A stretch of 64,000 nucleotides of DNA from Camelus ferus (lineage: Eukaryota). Of this stretch, positions 38,546 to 52,410 are shown piece after piece. The position numbers and the translations under genes were made by a program. Numbering within the stretch: position 1 is the stretch's first letter; the number at the start of each line of letters is the position of its first letter. Where the stretch lies: contig NC_045696.1 in NCBI RefSeq assembly GCF_009834535.1, positions 95,296,001-95,360,000 of the forward strand, in the 5' to 3' direction. The notes below the pieces were generated by a model, which did no database searches, was not told the DNA's origin, and saw only the letters and a list, made by a program, of their open reading frames with translations.

Positions 38546-41349
38546 AAAAGAATAGATTTTATTCAACCTGTTAGGAATAAACATGTTTATGAGAAAGTGT
38601 AACCAACCCCAAGGAAAACTGCATCATGATCTATGGGATCCAAACAATATGAGGAAAGATAATGGTACCATTAGAAACATCTTCATTGCTTGGTGGTTAT
38701 GTCTAAGTACAGCTACAAAATTAATTTCCAAGGTTGATTATTCTTCCTTTCTGCCATGTTACAGGCTTAGTCCTACACGAGTACAAAATATATTTTAATT
38801 ACTAAAATGCTTGCAAATGGGTGTTCTGATATTTTTACTTTCTATAGCAGAGAAATTCTATTTATTTCAAAAAGTATTATTGAAAGAATTATCGATATGT
38901 ATTTATAGGTTGAAAATACTATAATAAAATATATTTCCACAAGGACAATCATCAAAATATTTATAATTAATCATGCATGGACAAGTAAGCAATCAGAATG
39001 GACACTGACCTTTATGAAATATTAGTCTAGCTGCACCTGGTAATGTGTGTTCCAGCCCCTGATATTGGGCACTGCGGGAAACAAACTCAGATTTTATCCT
39101 AAAAACTGATTTGACTAAATTGCTGATGTAGAATATTGTCTTGCAATCTTTCTCTTTATTCAAACAGAAGAATTTCAGAGAAGACTAGAACTCTTCATAA
39201 CTGAGTGCTTTGATAATAAAGATTTTTATAGGATTTAGATCAATACTTCAACTAGCAATGGATTTTTGCTCTATAGATAGAGACAATGTTTAAAAGCGTA
39301 TGGGTGATTTCCAGATTGTAGGAATCCTTGCAAACATACCTGCCCTAAAAATACGTGTTGTTTGTAAGTAATTACTGAAGGAAGTATTTCTGCTGTAAAG
39401 ATATTTACTAATAGTTAAACTGCTTCTGAGGTAAGTTTTTGACCTATATTTCAACATATTATAATAAACCTCCCTGAATAAAAACAAAACAAAAAACGAT
39501 TGGGGGATTTAATTGTTTTCCAGTATGAATTAAAACTTTAAAAACCTGCATTAACAACAAGCCCTCTTTTACCTACTGATCAAATTCCAAATGCCAAGCT
39601 ATAGAGTTCCTCACAGTATGTGACATGTTCTACAAACATATTCTGCCTCAAGAACCAAGACCAATTTCCCCTTGATTGATATCAGAAATCACACATATTT
39701 TCTACTTTAAGATACGAGGAGGGAAATAGAAAGGAAAAAAATGTAACCATAAAGGAAAAGAAACCAAAAAAAAAGGGATAAAGTTAAAAAAAAATGGGGA
39801 ATTACAAATAATTACTCTTCAGCAATTTATATATATATATATATAAAAGCATTGAACTGACAGGGGATGGCAGTCCTATCAAAATCCTTTTAAGGGCTGC
39901 ATACATACTGCAAAAAAAGGATAAACAGACACAAGGTATAACCTTAAAATTCTTTTCTGGAGGACCAGATGGCCTTTACAAGCAATGTTAACTTTCTTAG
40001 TCACATAGGTTTACCAATGGTTTCAGTTCTTCTGTACCAAATATAGGCAGATTGGTTCTATTATATCCCGGAGTAGTTAGTTAGCTGGGAATTTAGGGGA
40101 CTTTTTTCAGAAGCTTTGATTTTGAAATAGGTTACACATTGAGGAAGTTAACTTAGTAATTATTTAAGCTTTTTTTTTTCTTTTTTCTTACTAAAGCAGT
40201 TTCAATCTAACTGGAAGAGCTGGCTGATTTACCCGTGTATGTTTGGAGCTCACAAAAAGTGGCCCCTCGTCCAAAATCGTAACTTCTCCCCTTGGCTCAC
40301 TGGTGTGGACGAGCCCACAATTAGCAACACATCACTTTAGCAAACTAAGCTAGCTCGCAGCACAGGTTTGCCCAAGGCTGGTCCCAAATATTAACAGAGA
40401 CTTTCAGCAAACAAATGACTAACTAAGCGTTTCTGGGGGCCGTACAGCCACTTCTCTACTGAAGCAATAAACAGAGTAACCGCGTTATTCACTACATGGG
40501 AAACCTGTGCTCTGAATGGGTTAATGCCGTCTTCAGCAGTATTCATTGCCATATAACAAAAAGCTGAGATCGGTGTTTCTCAGCAAGGGGTAAGCACACT
40601 GCTGGTAGCACCCATGGTGATTTTAAGTGATGCAGAAACAACATAATTTTAATAGGTTCATCAGAATGCTAAAACGAGCTCATCAAGCCTGTGATTACAT
40701 GGCTACCATAGATTAGGAAGAGGTTAAAGTACAACCAAAAGAATTTAAAGAGTAAGACTAAGTAAATATATGGGTAAAAAGCCCTGAAGGAGATATGCAG
40801 ATTTCTGAAGTTTTAGAAATACTGCTGAGAAAAAAGATAACTTTCAACCACACATCCTCTGGAATGGCACAGTGACAGGCAACATGGCCCGCCGGCCTGA
40901 CACTTTGCACTGGGTAACGGTGACAAGCTGCTAGCAAGGAAAGTAAGACTGTGTTTACCAACTCAAACAAGTCATATAAGATCTGTCAGAGCATTCCTTT
41001 AAAATTCTGAGAGGTCTGATTTCCTAATCATCAAGTGGTCTCTTACTGGAAGGACTGAAGGAGTGTCAGGCAGGTGACGCACTATTGCTAAAGATTAGAA
41101 TTCTGAAAGCAACTAACTGAACTGCAGTCAAATTAGAAAATGATTATTGTCCCTTAGGTAGTTATGTTTAAGACAAAATGAAACATGAAGCCTCTACACG
41201 GTGATTAAAAAGTGAATTTACAATTGACTCCCGTATCAGGCAAAATTTTAAAAATGAAAAGGCTTAATTAAGATCACTAGAAGATCAATACGACAACAGC
41301 TTGCTGCATTCTATATACATGGCCTCTAGCTGTGTACCCACACAGGCCT

Positions 41350-41620
41350 TCATCCAGTCCCAACTGCAAAGTTATCTTCCTTGAAGTTCTTCCCGCCCAC
41401 TATCAAAAAGTATCCAAACCTTCTGCTCCTCTCACCACTAGCCCAGACTTGCCAGCCTCTTACCCTCTTACTCTTCTTCACAGCACGTGTTAGTATCTGG
41501 CATCATATTATGCGCCTATTTCACTATCTGCTCATCATCTATCCACCTTTCCCCTAAAAATAAAAGTTCCATGACAGCAGGCAGCTCTCTTAGTGTATCT
41601 GAATCCTAGTTACAAGCATT
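41350..41620 (+). mobile_element. L2 fragment
   Basis: ttcttcacagcac..tatctggcatcatatt..aaagttccatgacagcagg..gtgtatc. Confidence 0.6.
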
Positions 41621-44600
41621 TTCTACAAGCTACAATGCCCGGGAAATAGATGCACAGTTTAATACACTGATGATGTCACTTTTATAACTGAATGAAACCA
41701 GCATCAAACGCCACTCACTGGAAACAGAGCATAAGGCAAAAAAGTTAACGTGGAATCATATTTATATACCTCCTTAACTGTAAAGTTGAGGGAAGATTTT
41801 TTTTTCTTTTTATCTGCAGAGTAATTTGAAACAGTTGCATGTGGCTTTGCAAATTTAAAACATGTTAATAATTATCTGTGAATTCCTGACAGTCTTCAAT
41901 TCTGGCAAAAGGGAAAATTTGCATTTTTTTCTGATGATATTCAAACAGGCAGTCTTTTAACATTTCCCTCTATTCCATGAGAAATATAGTAACACCATGG
42001 GTGCTGTTTTGTCATCCTTCAAGAGAAAATACTAATCCTAGTTAGTGTTTATTTACTCTATGTATTACACAAAGAAGTTATCTGGTTAGCCTTAGGTAGT
42101 CATTTCTGATCTGTCCATATCATTTAATATTTCAAAATAATAATTAGTAACTAACTATTACAGTTAGTAACACCACAACAAAATTAACAATACTGGTATG
42201 TGCTCAAAGAGCTAAAAGGTACAAAAATCAAATCTCACCATTCTAGCAATTTTTAGGAAGAATGGTACATTAACCCAATCACAGTCTACCAGTGTAAAAT
42301 TAGCAGGACAAAACTGTGAATGCTAAATGGAACGTAATACATTGTGATATTTTTATTCCCAGGGCAATGCCATGATTGTGGACTTTGATTCTAAAGTTTA
42401 CTTAAATGAGTTATATTTTATTTGGCATGGTAACTCCGGGCCAAAATCTTAGTTTTAATTTTCAATCTTTATACCTTCTGAACAGTATCACCTAGTTCTT
42501 AACTGAGGTTGCTGGTACTTGCGCCTAAAACATTTTTATATATGAGATTAGTTGCTTGAGGAATGGTTGCAAATTCATCAATGCTTCCCTAATAACATAA
42601 TTTCACAACTCAAAAATAAGTATGAAGTTGGCTGATGAGAGAATTGAGGAACGATCCCATGGCACTCTGCACTCCGGTGAAATTTGCTGCCCACGTACCT
42701 CTTCGCCCCACCGTTCCAAATTTCCTTCCAAGGCAGAAATCATTCTCACAACCAGCGTTCATTAAGAGCTTCTCCATAATTAACCTATTTCTGTCTTCCA
42801 TTTGAGTAGGTTCAATGGAGCAAAATTATAAAATCAATATGTGAAGAAATGACAAAAACAATTTTAAAAATCTGGCCAAAATGTAAAGCATGTCTTTATT
42901 AGGACCAAACAATCGTAGCTGTCAATCTTCCAGAATTTCTAAAATGTTAATGTGGCAATCGCCCTCATTATTATCAACTATATCTGAACACAAAAAGCTT
43001 GACCTTAATAGATAAACCCTGAATTTCCAGATATCTGACTTAAAGCCTCACCCAGAAACCTCAACCTGGGAAATTTTACTGGCTTATTTCTGTTGAAGAT
43101 TATCCAAGATACACTGCTTAATTATTAACCACCATGAGAAAAATATGTAAAAATCTATGTTTCTGGTTAAATAAAAGAGATCTAAAATGATTATTCTTCA
43201 GAATATAATGAATGATACCAATTATGAACACAGGATTGTATTACTTGAATGCATCCTAATTAAATGAACACACAGAATCTATAAACATTTCCTCCTTTCC
43301 ATTTAATTAGTAAAAGTCCCCATCACTTCACAAGTGTATCTCTTATTGCAAACTTTACAAATACTTAAGCCACAAAGTTGTCACAGTTTGACATTATAAT
43401 CCTAGAGATATTTCTCTTGCTTTATATATTTGACCTTAAAAATTACCCTTTTTCACAAGTAATCTCAAAAATATTCTTAATAACATACCAATGTCAACTG
43501 AATTTATTCCTAATAACAATAAAATATTAGAAACTCAGTTTAACTTGAGCTTTTTAAAAACAGTCACAAATTCACATATGCTCACATGCAAATAAGAATC
43601 ATTTTTTTCCCTAATAGTAAGTCAAGACTAAGTTGTTTTTCCCTGGTTTAAAAAAGGAAGGTATGTTATAAAACAAAGACACACATTAATAACTCGTGTT
43701 TCCACTTCAATGTAGCTTACGTATCTTTCAGGGAACGTTCCACATAACTTATACATTAAACTAGGTCTCAGACGCTGAACAACAACAAATTATGCTAATA
43801 TTATCGCAGTTGCTCTATAAAAACCCAGAGCTTCAGAATGCATCTTGCATAGGCCTGGAATTTCAAAAAGCAGCTCCATAGTGGCAATAAGGAGGCGTAT
43901 TTTGTTTGTGCCTACCTCGATATTTATTAATCACAAGGCTTAACTTATAAAGAAGAAAAGCACACCGAGAGATTCCGCAAGTCTGAAAACATCTTAGGTT
44001 TTCTGGATAAAATGGTACTCTGTCTCCCTGATATCTAAATTTATATCTGTACGTAAATCGTTTACCATACTTTTGTGCCACAGCTCTATTTCCTCACATT
44101 TCTAACATACTTAAGAAAGGAAATCTCATTACACGTGCGTCAGAGGACAATGCAGATATAAAATCTCTGAGTCATTCATTCACAGGAACCTTTGCAGACA
44201 TACACGAAAGTACATGTCCCTTGGAGCTCACATTCAGAAAGAGACATAAAATAAAACAAAGCAAAAACCTACCATGTGGTGTGACCAGACAGCGAAAATA
44301 AAGGATTCTTGGATTAGAAATGCCTCAGGAGCAAATTGTAAGTTGAACGAAATATTATTCATTTAAATTTGGAGTTGTCCTCCCTCTACACCCAGACTTC
44401 CGTATCTCCAGTGATTACAATCATCTATATTCTACCGGGCAAAGAATTAAGAATTTGCACTCTTAACTATAGTTTTGCCTTCTTTTGTGATTGAGAAGTG
44501 TGGGTATAAATTATTAAGCTATTACATATACAGAGATGCATACTACTAAATAATAATGGAAGAGATAGTAAAATGTAAGTTTTAATGATGAACAGAAATC

Positions 44601-44639
44601 TCTAGCAAGTAATTTATATGAATCATGTACATTAACTCC

Positions 44640-45240
44640 ATTTTTTTTTTTTTTTTTGGTTTTAAACATTGCTAAATGAATGCATTGTCACTGAAATAAA
44701 TTTAAACCATACAGAAGGGTTTTACTGAGAATTCCCCATCCCTCTACTGCCACATCAGACCCCCTCTACCCCCAAGGGTAACCACGATTATTAGAATGGT
44801 ATGTCTAGTCCTTTTTCTATGCATTCTCATACTCTTACACACATCTACACATACACAGACATACAAAGTTTATCATTTTTACAGAAGTGATGGAAACATA
44901 CATATGCAGCACATTATCCTGAGGCTTGTTTTCTACAGTATATGTTAATGACCTTTATCAATTGAAATATATCGACATAAATACTTTTTGACAGCTACAT
45001 ATTACTCTATTATATGTCCATTTCTTTACTAGTGGTTACCTACATTAAGGTCAACTTTTCATTCTTTTAAACAATGCTGCAAATATATGTACCAAACTAT
45101 GCTTACATTTGAGTGGTATGAATAATACAGATACTTAGAACATAAAGTATATGCATACAATAACTTTGAACTAGAACAGCAAACTTCTTCCAGGAAAATG
45201 TTTACCAATACGTACAGCTACCAATAATTAATAACATGCT
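44640..45240 (-). mobile_element. Degenerate LINE-1 3' fragment (L1ME-like)
   Basis: poly-T, then aaataatttaaaccatacagaa, ggtaaccac, ttttaaacaatgctgcaaat and tttaccaat motifs of a reversed old L1. Confidence 0.6.
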
Positions 45241-46639
45241 TTTCTACATTTATTAAATCTATGCTAGACCTAAAAAAAATTACTATGCTTAAGTCTAGAT
45301 TATAAATTTCTATTGTAGGAGCAGGCGAAAGGTATGTGTATTTTTTCCTATATAAACAGAACTTAAAGACTTGCCTTTATATTTTGCAAAATATTTTCAA
45401 CTGTTAGCACTTACATGGCAGTTAATCAATGGAAACATTTGTAAAATCAGTTGTTCAACCCTGTTATTGCAAAATTAACCATTTCATTGCTAAAACAATT
45501 GCAATATTTATATTTTTTAATTGTCTGCCAAAGAACAGGGGCTGGAAGTTTGAATAAATGTTTGGGTTGACGGAGTATCAAAATGGATAATATGTAGCTT
45601 ACTATTCTTTCCTTATTAGTAAAAACAAAATGTGTAGTTAACAGAGTCTGCAGGGCACATTATATTTGGAAAATCTCTGACAGCACAATGTCATCTGATA
45701 AAGCGAATGCTTTTTTTACACATTATTTCTACAAATGTCAGAAAATATCCTGCTTCCCCCCTCCTTTTTTAGACACTAATTGACTCAAGGAAATGGTTTC
45801 TGACAAGTGCTATAAATAATGCAAGGCGTTATCAAACTAGCTAAGGCACAATAGAACTCCAGTGAACTCACAGAGGCCCAAACACATTTCCCTGTGTGGT
45901 AATTTCTCCTGAGGCTGGGCTCCTCCTGCAGTCATTTCTGACCCAGAGTGGAGCGTTCCCCTCCAGTGGCATGCACTTCCAGTCGAGAGAACCAAGATAG
46001 GTATACACTTATATAATTTTGCCACTGGACATATGTCCTGTTAGGAAATGAAACAGTCTCCCCTCACTTTGCCCTCCTCAGACTCTCTCTCAGTTATTAA
46101 ATAACAGTTCACAGAATAAAGAAGAACCTGAAACTATTTGCTCAAAGACTTAAGATGGCTGGTTGGCAAAATGTTGGCATTTCCAGTGCCTTTACTCTCT
46201 TTTGCACAATGCAATTTCACCAGGCTGTCAGAGCATAAATAAGAACAGGATTCTATTCTGAGGATTTTGAACTTTCCAGAAACGAGTATACGTACTGAAC
46301 ATGCTATGAACAAACTAACATGGCAGCTTGAGGTTTGGTTCCTTTGCTAAATAGAAAAAGAGCACCCCTTTCTCAATTATTTTAATCGCCCATAAGGTTC
46401 TGCGCATTCCAGAAAAGCTGTAACACATGAGGAAATCTGAAGAGCCGACTACACCCTTCTAATGAGACAGTGATTAAAGTTCTATGTGTTTTCATCAGCA
46501 TCATAGACACTTAAAAAGCAATGACCAGCTTGCAAATCACAATGCGTCAGTAGCTGGCTAATAAATGCCAATGACTGTCAGCAGATTTTTAACAGCAACA
46601 CTTTTTGTCCTGGGACGTTGAAGATCCAGAAAGATTCTT

Positions 46640-46795
46640 GGACTACCTGAATCAGTCACCTATGAGTGACTGTTAAAAATACATTTTCCTGAGACCTACC
46701 CACCTACCCTAGACCTACTAAGGATAAAGACCAGTGTTTTACATTTTGAGTAAATTTCCTAGGCTGTCCTTAAGCTCATTAAATTTTGGCAATCA
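46640..46795. mobile_element. MER5-like DNA transposon remnant
   Basis: gaatcagtcacct..tgttaaaaatacattttcctgagacctaccc..agacctacta. Confidence 0.5.
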
Positions 46796-47974
46796 TAATC
46801 TACTAAAGCTAAACCACTACTGCCACCAGAGACTGCTTACTGAATTTCTACCCAATAATCTCCCCAAATATCTGCCCTGAAAAGATTACTTGTTTGAGAT
46901 TTGGAGACATGCTTCTTGATTATATTCTATTAACTACTTTAGAAAACTGACATACCTGCAAAATGTTATGCAAAATTCTGTTTTATTCACTTTTCAAATA
47001 TTATATTAAATCAGAAACCAGGCATGCCCCTCCACGTCACTCTAAGATACTATTCATCGTATCATCCTACCATCATGCCTCAGACTTGTTCAACAGTGTT
47101 CCTGTTCCTGTTCAACAGTTCCTGTAGAGGCAACAGTTCACTCCAAGTCTGCATGCAAAAGCTACTTAGTCTGTAAAAAAATTCCCCCCAGTATATCTGA
47201 AGGAATACGCTGAATAAATTCAAAGAACAATCATGTAGCAATCTTAAAACTTCCCATATCTTCCTATCATTTAAATGTCAAATACACATATATAAATGCA
47301 CGAACATACACATTCACACACACACACACAGAAAATAAGTACTTGAGAGACAGTGATATTTAGGCTCCTTACTTCTAATTTATAATAATAATATATATAG
47401 TAAAATTATTTTGCAAAAAGATGAAAAAATAATTATGTAACTATTCAATCACTACAAATATGATAAAATAAATTCTTAATAGTATAGATAAAATATGAAA
47501 TAAAAATTAATATATGTATGGGTGTGTAGATAGCTATGTATGTTTGTGTGCATGCATGTGTGTGTGTGTGTGTATCCAAAGGATAAGGAAAAACTTTGCA
47601 TGAAGATTAGTCAAATTATTTTCTTTACATATAACTAAAACCTAGCACTTTATTTAAATTCAAGTAAAACCTGTGTATTGAGGTTAATGGGGGAAAAAAG
47701 ACTTAAATAATGCTTTAATCTTCTAGTAAACCACTTTATTTTGGATAAAACTACAAACTATGCTCCTTCATTAATAAGAGATTAATAATCCCTTGAAGAG
47801 ATTAACTTCTTGAGAAGTTGCCTCATGCTATATTTCTTTTTGATTTATACATAAAATCTGCAAGGTGTTCATCTGGATCCTTAATAAAAAGTTTCTACTG
47901 GAGAAGCCACACAGAAAAATTTACTTTTCCCCCAGAACTCATACATTCTATTATTATTCAACAAGAGCAAATGA

Positions 47975-48185
47975 TAATTTATATATTGGCATACAATTTA
48001 CTTTCATCTGAATTTTGCCATTTGTTCCTCACAAGTCTAAGAGATGGTTATATTATCTTGCCCATTTGTGAGCAAATAAATTGAGGTTTGCATGCTTAAG
48101 TGACTGACTCACCAAAGCCTCCTAAGCTACTTAAATGACAGAATCAGAACCCAAAATCAGGTCTTTTGATTCCAAATTTAAAGTT
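47975..48185 (-). mobile_element. MIR SINE
   Basis: catttgttcctcacaa..attatcttgcccattt..aaattgaggt..agaacccaaaatcaggtcttttgattccaaa. Confidence 0.7.
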
Positions 48186-49379
48186 TCATTCACAGCACAT
48201 ACTAGCAATTTAACACCAAACCCTGTAGAAATGATAATGACTATAAATACAATAGAAGCCAAAAAACAGAGAGGTTGTGGGTAGAGTGGGATATGGTGCA
48301 GCAGCCACAACCGTACCCCCTGTGGTTGGCTCTGAGATGTCAGTGATGGAGAAAGCCTTGTGTAGAGATTCTGAAGGAAGTAAGATGGTCCCTTTACAGA
48401 GTCGAGAGATGGATGCTCCTGGATGTCCATGGGGTATGCACTGGATATTAATAATGTATACTTAAGAGATACAAGAATTAGATACTACATCTATCAGTTT
48501 CTTCTTAATTAAGATTTTTAATCAGTTTTAATCTAGTAATTAATATACTACAGGGTTACAAACACTCAGTAACAGATCTAAAGATTGTGTTGCGGAAGAT
48601 ATCTTGGAGCATGACTTTATTTTTGTCTGCTTTCTGAGCAAGAAGGGCCTACAGTTTCTTTAGAGCTTTCAAGGAGCTTAAAATCTATCAGCAGAAACCT
48701 TCCACAACAGTAAAAAGGAACGCTACTCTAAAAGCATACAACTGAGTAGATGCTAAGCAAGTATGCATACAGTAAGACTGATCTGTAACAGCCACTAAAA
48801 TAGTGTTTGAAAAGCAGTGAAGGAGGTGGAATAACTGTCTGAAACACTTCTAAGCCACATAGAGTCAGATAGATTTTTTTGACAGGTGTTAAGAACCACA
48901 GAAACGTATACGAGAGAGAAAACACTGAGGGTTTGAAATGGTATAGATGATAGTTTTCTTTTACATGTAACAAACCTGTTCTCTAGTATCTCAGTTACTT
49001 TACAGCACAAAAGAAATTTGTAAATATTAAATTGCTTTCTAATAAAAGAGCCCAAAGTCAAAACAATACAAAATTACAATCTCAGTTCCACTGCCCCAAA
49101 ATATCTCCTTTGACAAAAATTGCAGGGGTTTTTTCCCTCTTTACTTATTTTTCAGTTCTCTCTCTTTCTTCTTTACTGTCCTAGAAAAAAAGTTTTCTTT
49201 AAAGAAATCCAGATACATCCAACATAAATGACAGCCTTATTAAATGAATAAACACATTGATTAAAGATAAATGATACATAGATAAAACAGTATATATGCA
49301 TTAATTATATTAACAGTTTATTGGTGATCCCCTATAAGTAGCCTAGACATAGGGGAAATACATGCATCCAGCTTTGAAG

Positions 49380-49810
49380 AATTTACTGCTTAATCCAGGA
49401 CGTAAAACTAATACACAAATAATTGTACGTAAGAAAGCAGGAGATACGTAGCAGAGATCACAAGAAAGCTTGGTAAGCTAAAACAGAGAGAGGTTAGAGG
49501 TGGTTTCTTGATGGATACGACATCTAAAATGGGCCTGGAAGGATGGGCGTCACTTGGTTGGAGACAAAAAGGACTGGTACTGCAGACTGCAGGATCAGAG
49601 GGCAAAGGCGGGAGTGTGGGAAAGCACACATGAGAACTGGGGGAACTGGTCTGTATGGAGCACCCGTGTGCCATGGAGTTGGAACCTGGGGCTGGAACCA
49701 AATCAGTAAGGGCCTTGAAGGCCAGGCTGAGGCATTGAGCCTTCACTTCTTAATTAATTGGAATTCATCCAAGATTTCACTGAAAGGCAGAGTCATGATA
49801 TTAACTAAGC
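49380..49810 (-). mobile_element. L2 fragment
   Basis: ggtttcttgatggat..gggcctggaaggatggg..agggccttgaaggccaggctgagg. Confidence 0.65.
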
Positions 49811-52194
49811 ACTCTAACCGCTAAGAATAAGACTGTACATGGGATATAAAGAGATCTTATTAAATAAACTTGGGATTTTTCTACTTCCTAAAGCTTTTGC
49901 TTTGATTTCCAGAAAGCTGAGAGATAAATTTAGTTCTCAATTCCATCTTAAGCACTGGTTTCATCTCTTTTCCTTCTAATTGATTTGTTATGTCTCTTTT
50001 TCGCTGTCCTATCTGAGATGCACCTTGCTGTTGTAAGCCAATTAACATCCTTTTTGGATGAAGCATAGATCATACATAAATAAAATTATAGTAACATTTG
50101 TCCTGGTATCAAGTCAGGTCGTAGATGCAACACTTAGAGCATCAGAAGAGAAAAGAGAAATTAGAATTCATCTGTCAAGTAAAGCTTGTTCCTCTATAAA
50201 TATTTCAATGAAAGACGGCCACATCGAATTAAGATACCCAGTTAGTGTAGCTGACAATTACTTTAAAATCTACAACTGTTGGGTTCAGCAACCTATCTTC
50301 TTGCCTGGCTGTCCAGTTTGACCTTCCCTGTGATTCAGTGCTTTACTACGATGTCAAAATGACCTTCTGAAACGTACAAGGCTTCCAAGGCTGCAGATAT
50401 TTTCAGCTGTATCAGCCTGGCTGTCACAGCATTCTGAATGATACTGAGTGGCCAACCTGGAGCCTCCTGTACTAGCCTGACCTTCTAAACTCTACAATAC
50501 TGTGCTGCCACTCAAAATTGAGTTTTCTCTTTCAGCATTACTTTGTAATGCTACTTCTCTTGCTTACTTGTAAAGCAAATACGTAATTCTAAGCATAAAA
50601 TGGCATTTTTCTTTACCCGAAAATAAATTACTTCACTTATACACAGTAAACCTAACATTGACAGAGGCTTTAAAATAAATATTTACTGAAATCTATAAAT
50701 AATAATTTTTAATTACTGAAAAGATTATTTAAATTCTGTGGCAACAAGAACTATAATAATATGTCATTATTTCTGCAATGGCCAATTTGAAGTTTGAGAG
50801 ATGTCTAAATTTTATAATTGCATCTGTTTATGTTAACCATTATATATTCAATGTCTAGCACAGTGCCTAGAATATAAAAGAACCCAAATTAATATTTAAC
50901 CGAATGTTGCAGAATCTGCATGTTTAATTACACTTCATTTATCATAGAACTATTGAACTGAAATATAAGTGCTTAATTTTCTTGCCAACAAATTAGTACG
51001 TTAGCATGGAATATTTATCTTTAAAAATATGCCTGAGAATTCTTGGTACATGAAGGGAAAATATTTTTCAAATCCATTAATGTCAGGTCATGTACAAATA
51101 GAAAAGTGTTACTGAGTGAATAGGACAAAGTTTAACACCAGTAGAAGAAAAGAAGCAACAGAAATCAATTCACTGGGACACAGTTAAGATTCTTAATAAC
51201 AGACTCTATCAACTATTTGATCTCAAGCCTTAATAACTATTCGAGAGTAATAATATATTTAGATTCACACATGTATATTAGAATACCTTTTGTTTTGTCT
51301 CTGGCATACTCTATTTTCACAAGTCCTACAGTGCAAAGAACCATAAAATGGTATTAAATATAGTATTTCAGAGCAAACTTATAAACTAACTTTATTGGTG
51401 AATGCATCACTTAGCTTCATATATTTATTCTGTTGCATTTTTAGCTACAACTTACAGACTACCTCATAATATTCTATGGAATATACATGTATACATGGAT
51501 ATAACATACATACTTGCACACAAGACACACACCCAGACAAGCTCTAATTACTCTGATAAGGATTGGGGGAAAGAGAAACGTTCACCAGAAATCTCCAAGT
51601 GAATGTCAGTTCTCAATGACATGTTTGATTACTTTAATGTTGGCAACAGATTTCTGTTTTTTAATGATGAGAGAAATGAACTGAATTACCCTAATGCCTT
51701 CAATAATGTAGCTGAATAAATTATAAGAGCATTTGTAACACTCTTTTATGGGCTCAAGACACTTCTTAAAATGTACCACTTATAGCCATCCAACAGAGCA
51801 ATTGGCAGAATGCTATGTCATTCAGAAGTGACACCAGAAACTTCACAGGTGGTAATGATTTTGAGTCTAAAAGTAGATTTTGCTGATCTTGGCGAGTGCC
51901 GGGGCAGAGGGTATTAGGTGTGAGCAGAACTAATACCCAGCAAACCACACAGGCAGATTAGGCCACTCGATACAGCCCTGCTTTCCAATCCGGTGAAACT
52001 TCGAAGTCCGCTCCTTCGTCTGCTGTTTTTACGACCACAATGCTTCAAAACCCACCTTTCACGTCCCACCTCCTTCATTATACCTCCGCAGAACTAACTG
52101 GGACTAGGCCTCAAATCTGCATTGCTATGAAGTGTTTGTGGGCCTAAGTCATGTCATCCTGACGAAACAGACAGGCAGACAAACAGCAAAACTG

Positions 52195-52410
52195 CTGGGC
52201 TGAGAGCTCAGCACTCACGGTACCTTGCTGCATGACCCGTGAGCAAATTCCCTGACCTTCACCTTGCTGAGCCCCCATTTCCTCACCTGTGGACTAGAGA
52301 CAGGGCCAGCAATGCATCGACCTCACAGCGCTGTGTGAGAACCGCGCACGGTCACACGAGCAAGAGGGTGAGTGCCTACCGAGTACGAAGCTACTTTTAG
52401 AATTATGATT
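52195..52410 (+). mobile_element. MIR SINE (unusually GC/CpG-rich copy)
   Basis: gctgcatgacccgtgagcaaattccctgacct..gagcccccatttcctcacctgt..acctcacagcgctgtgtgaga. Confidence 0.7.

Noticed and set aside
47085..47140. Repeated TGTTCAACAG / GTTCCTGT units
   Set aside because: Local slippage duplications with no regular repeat-spacer structure, so not CRISPR-like.
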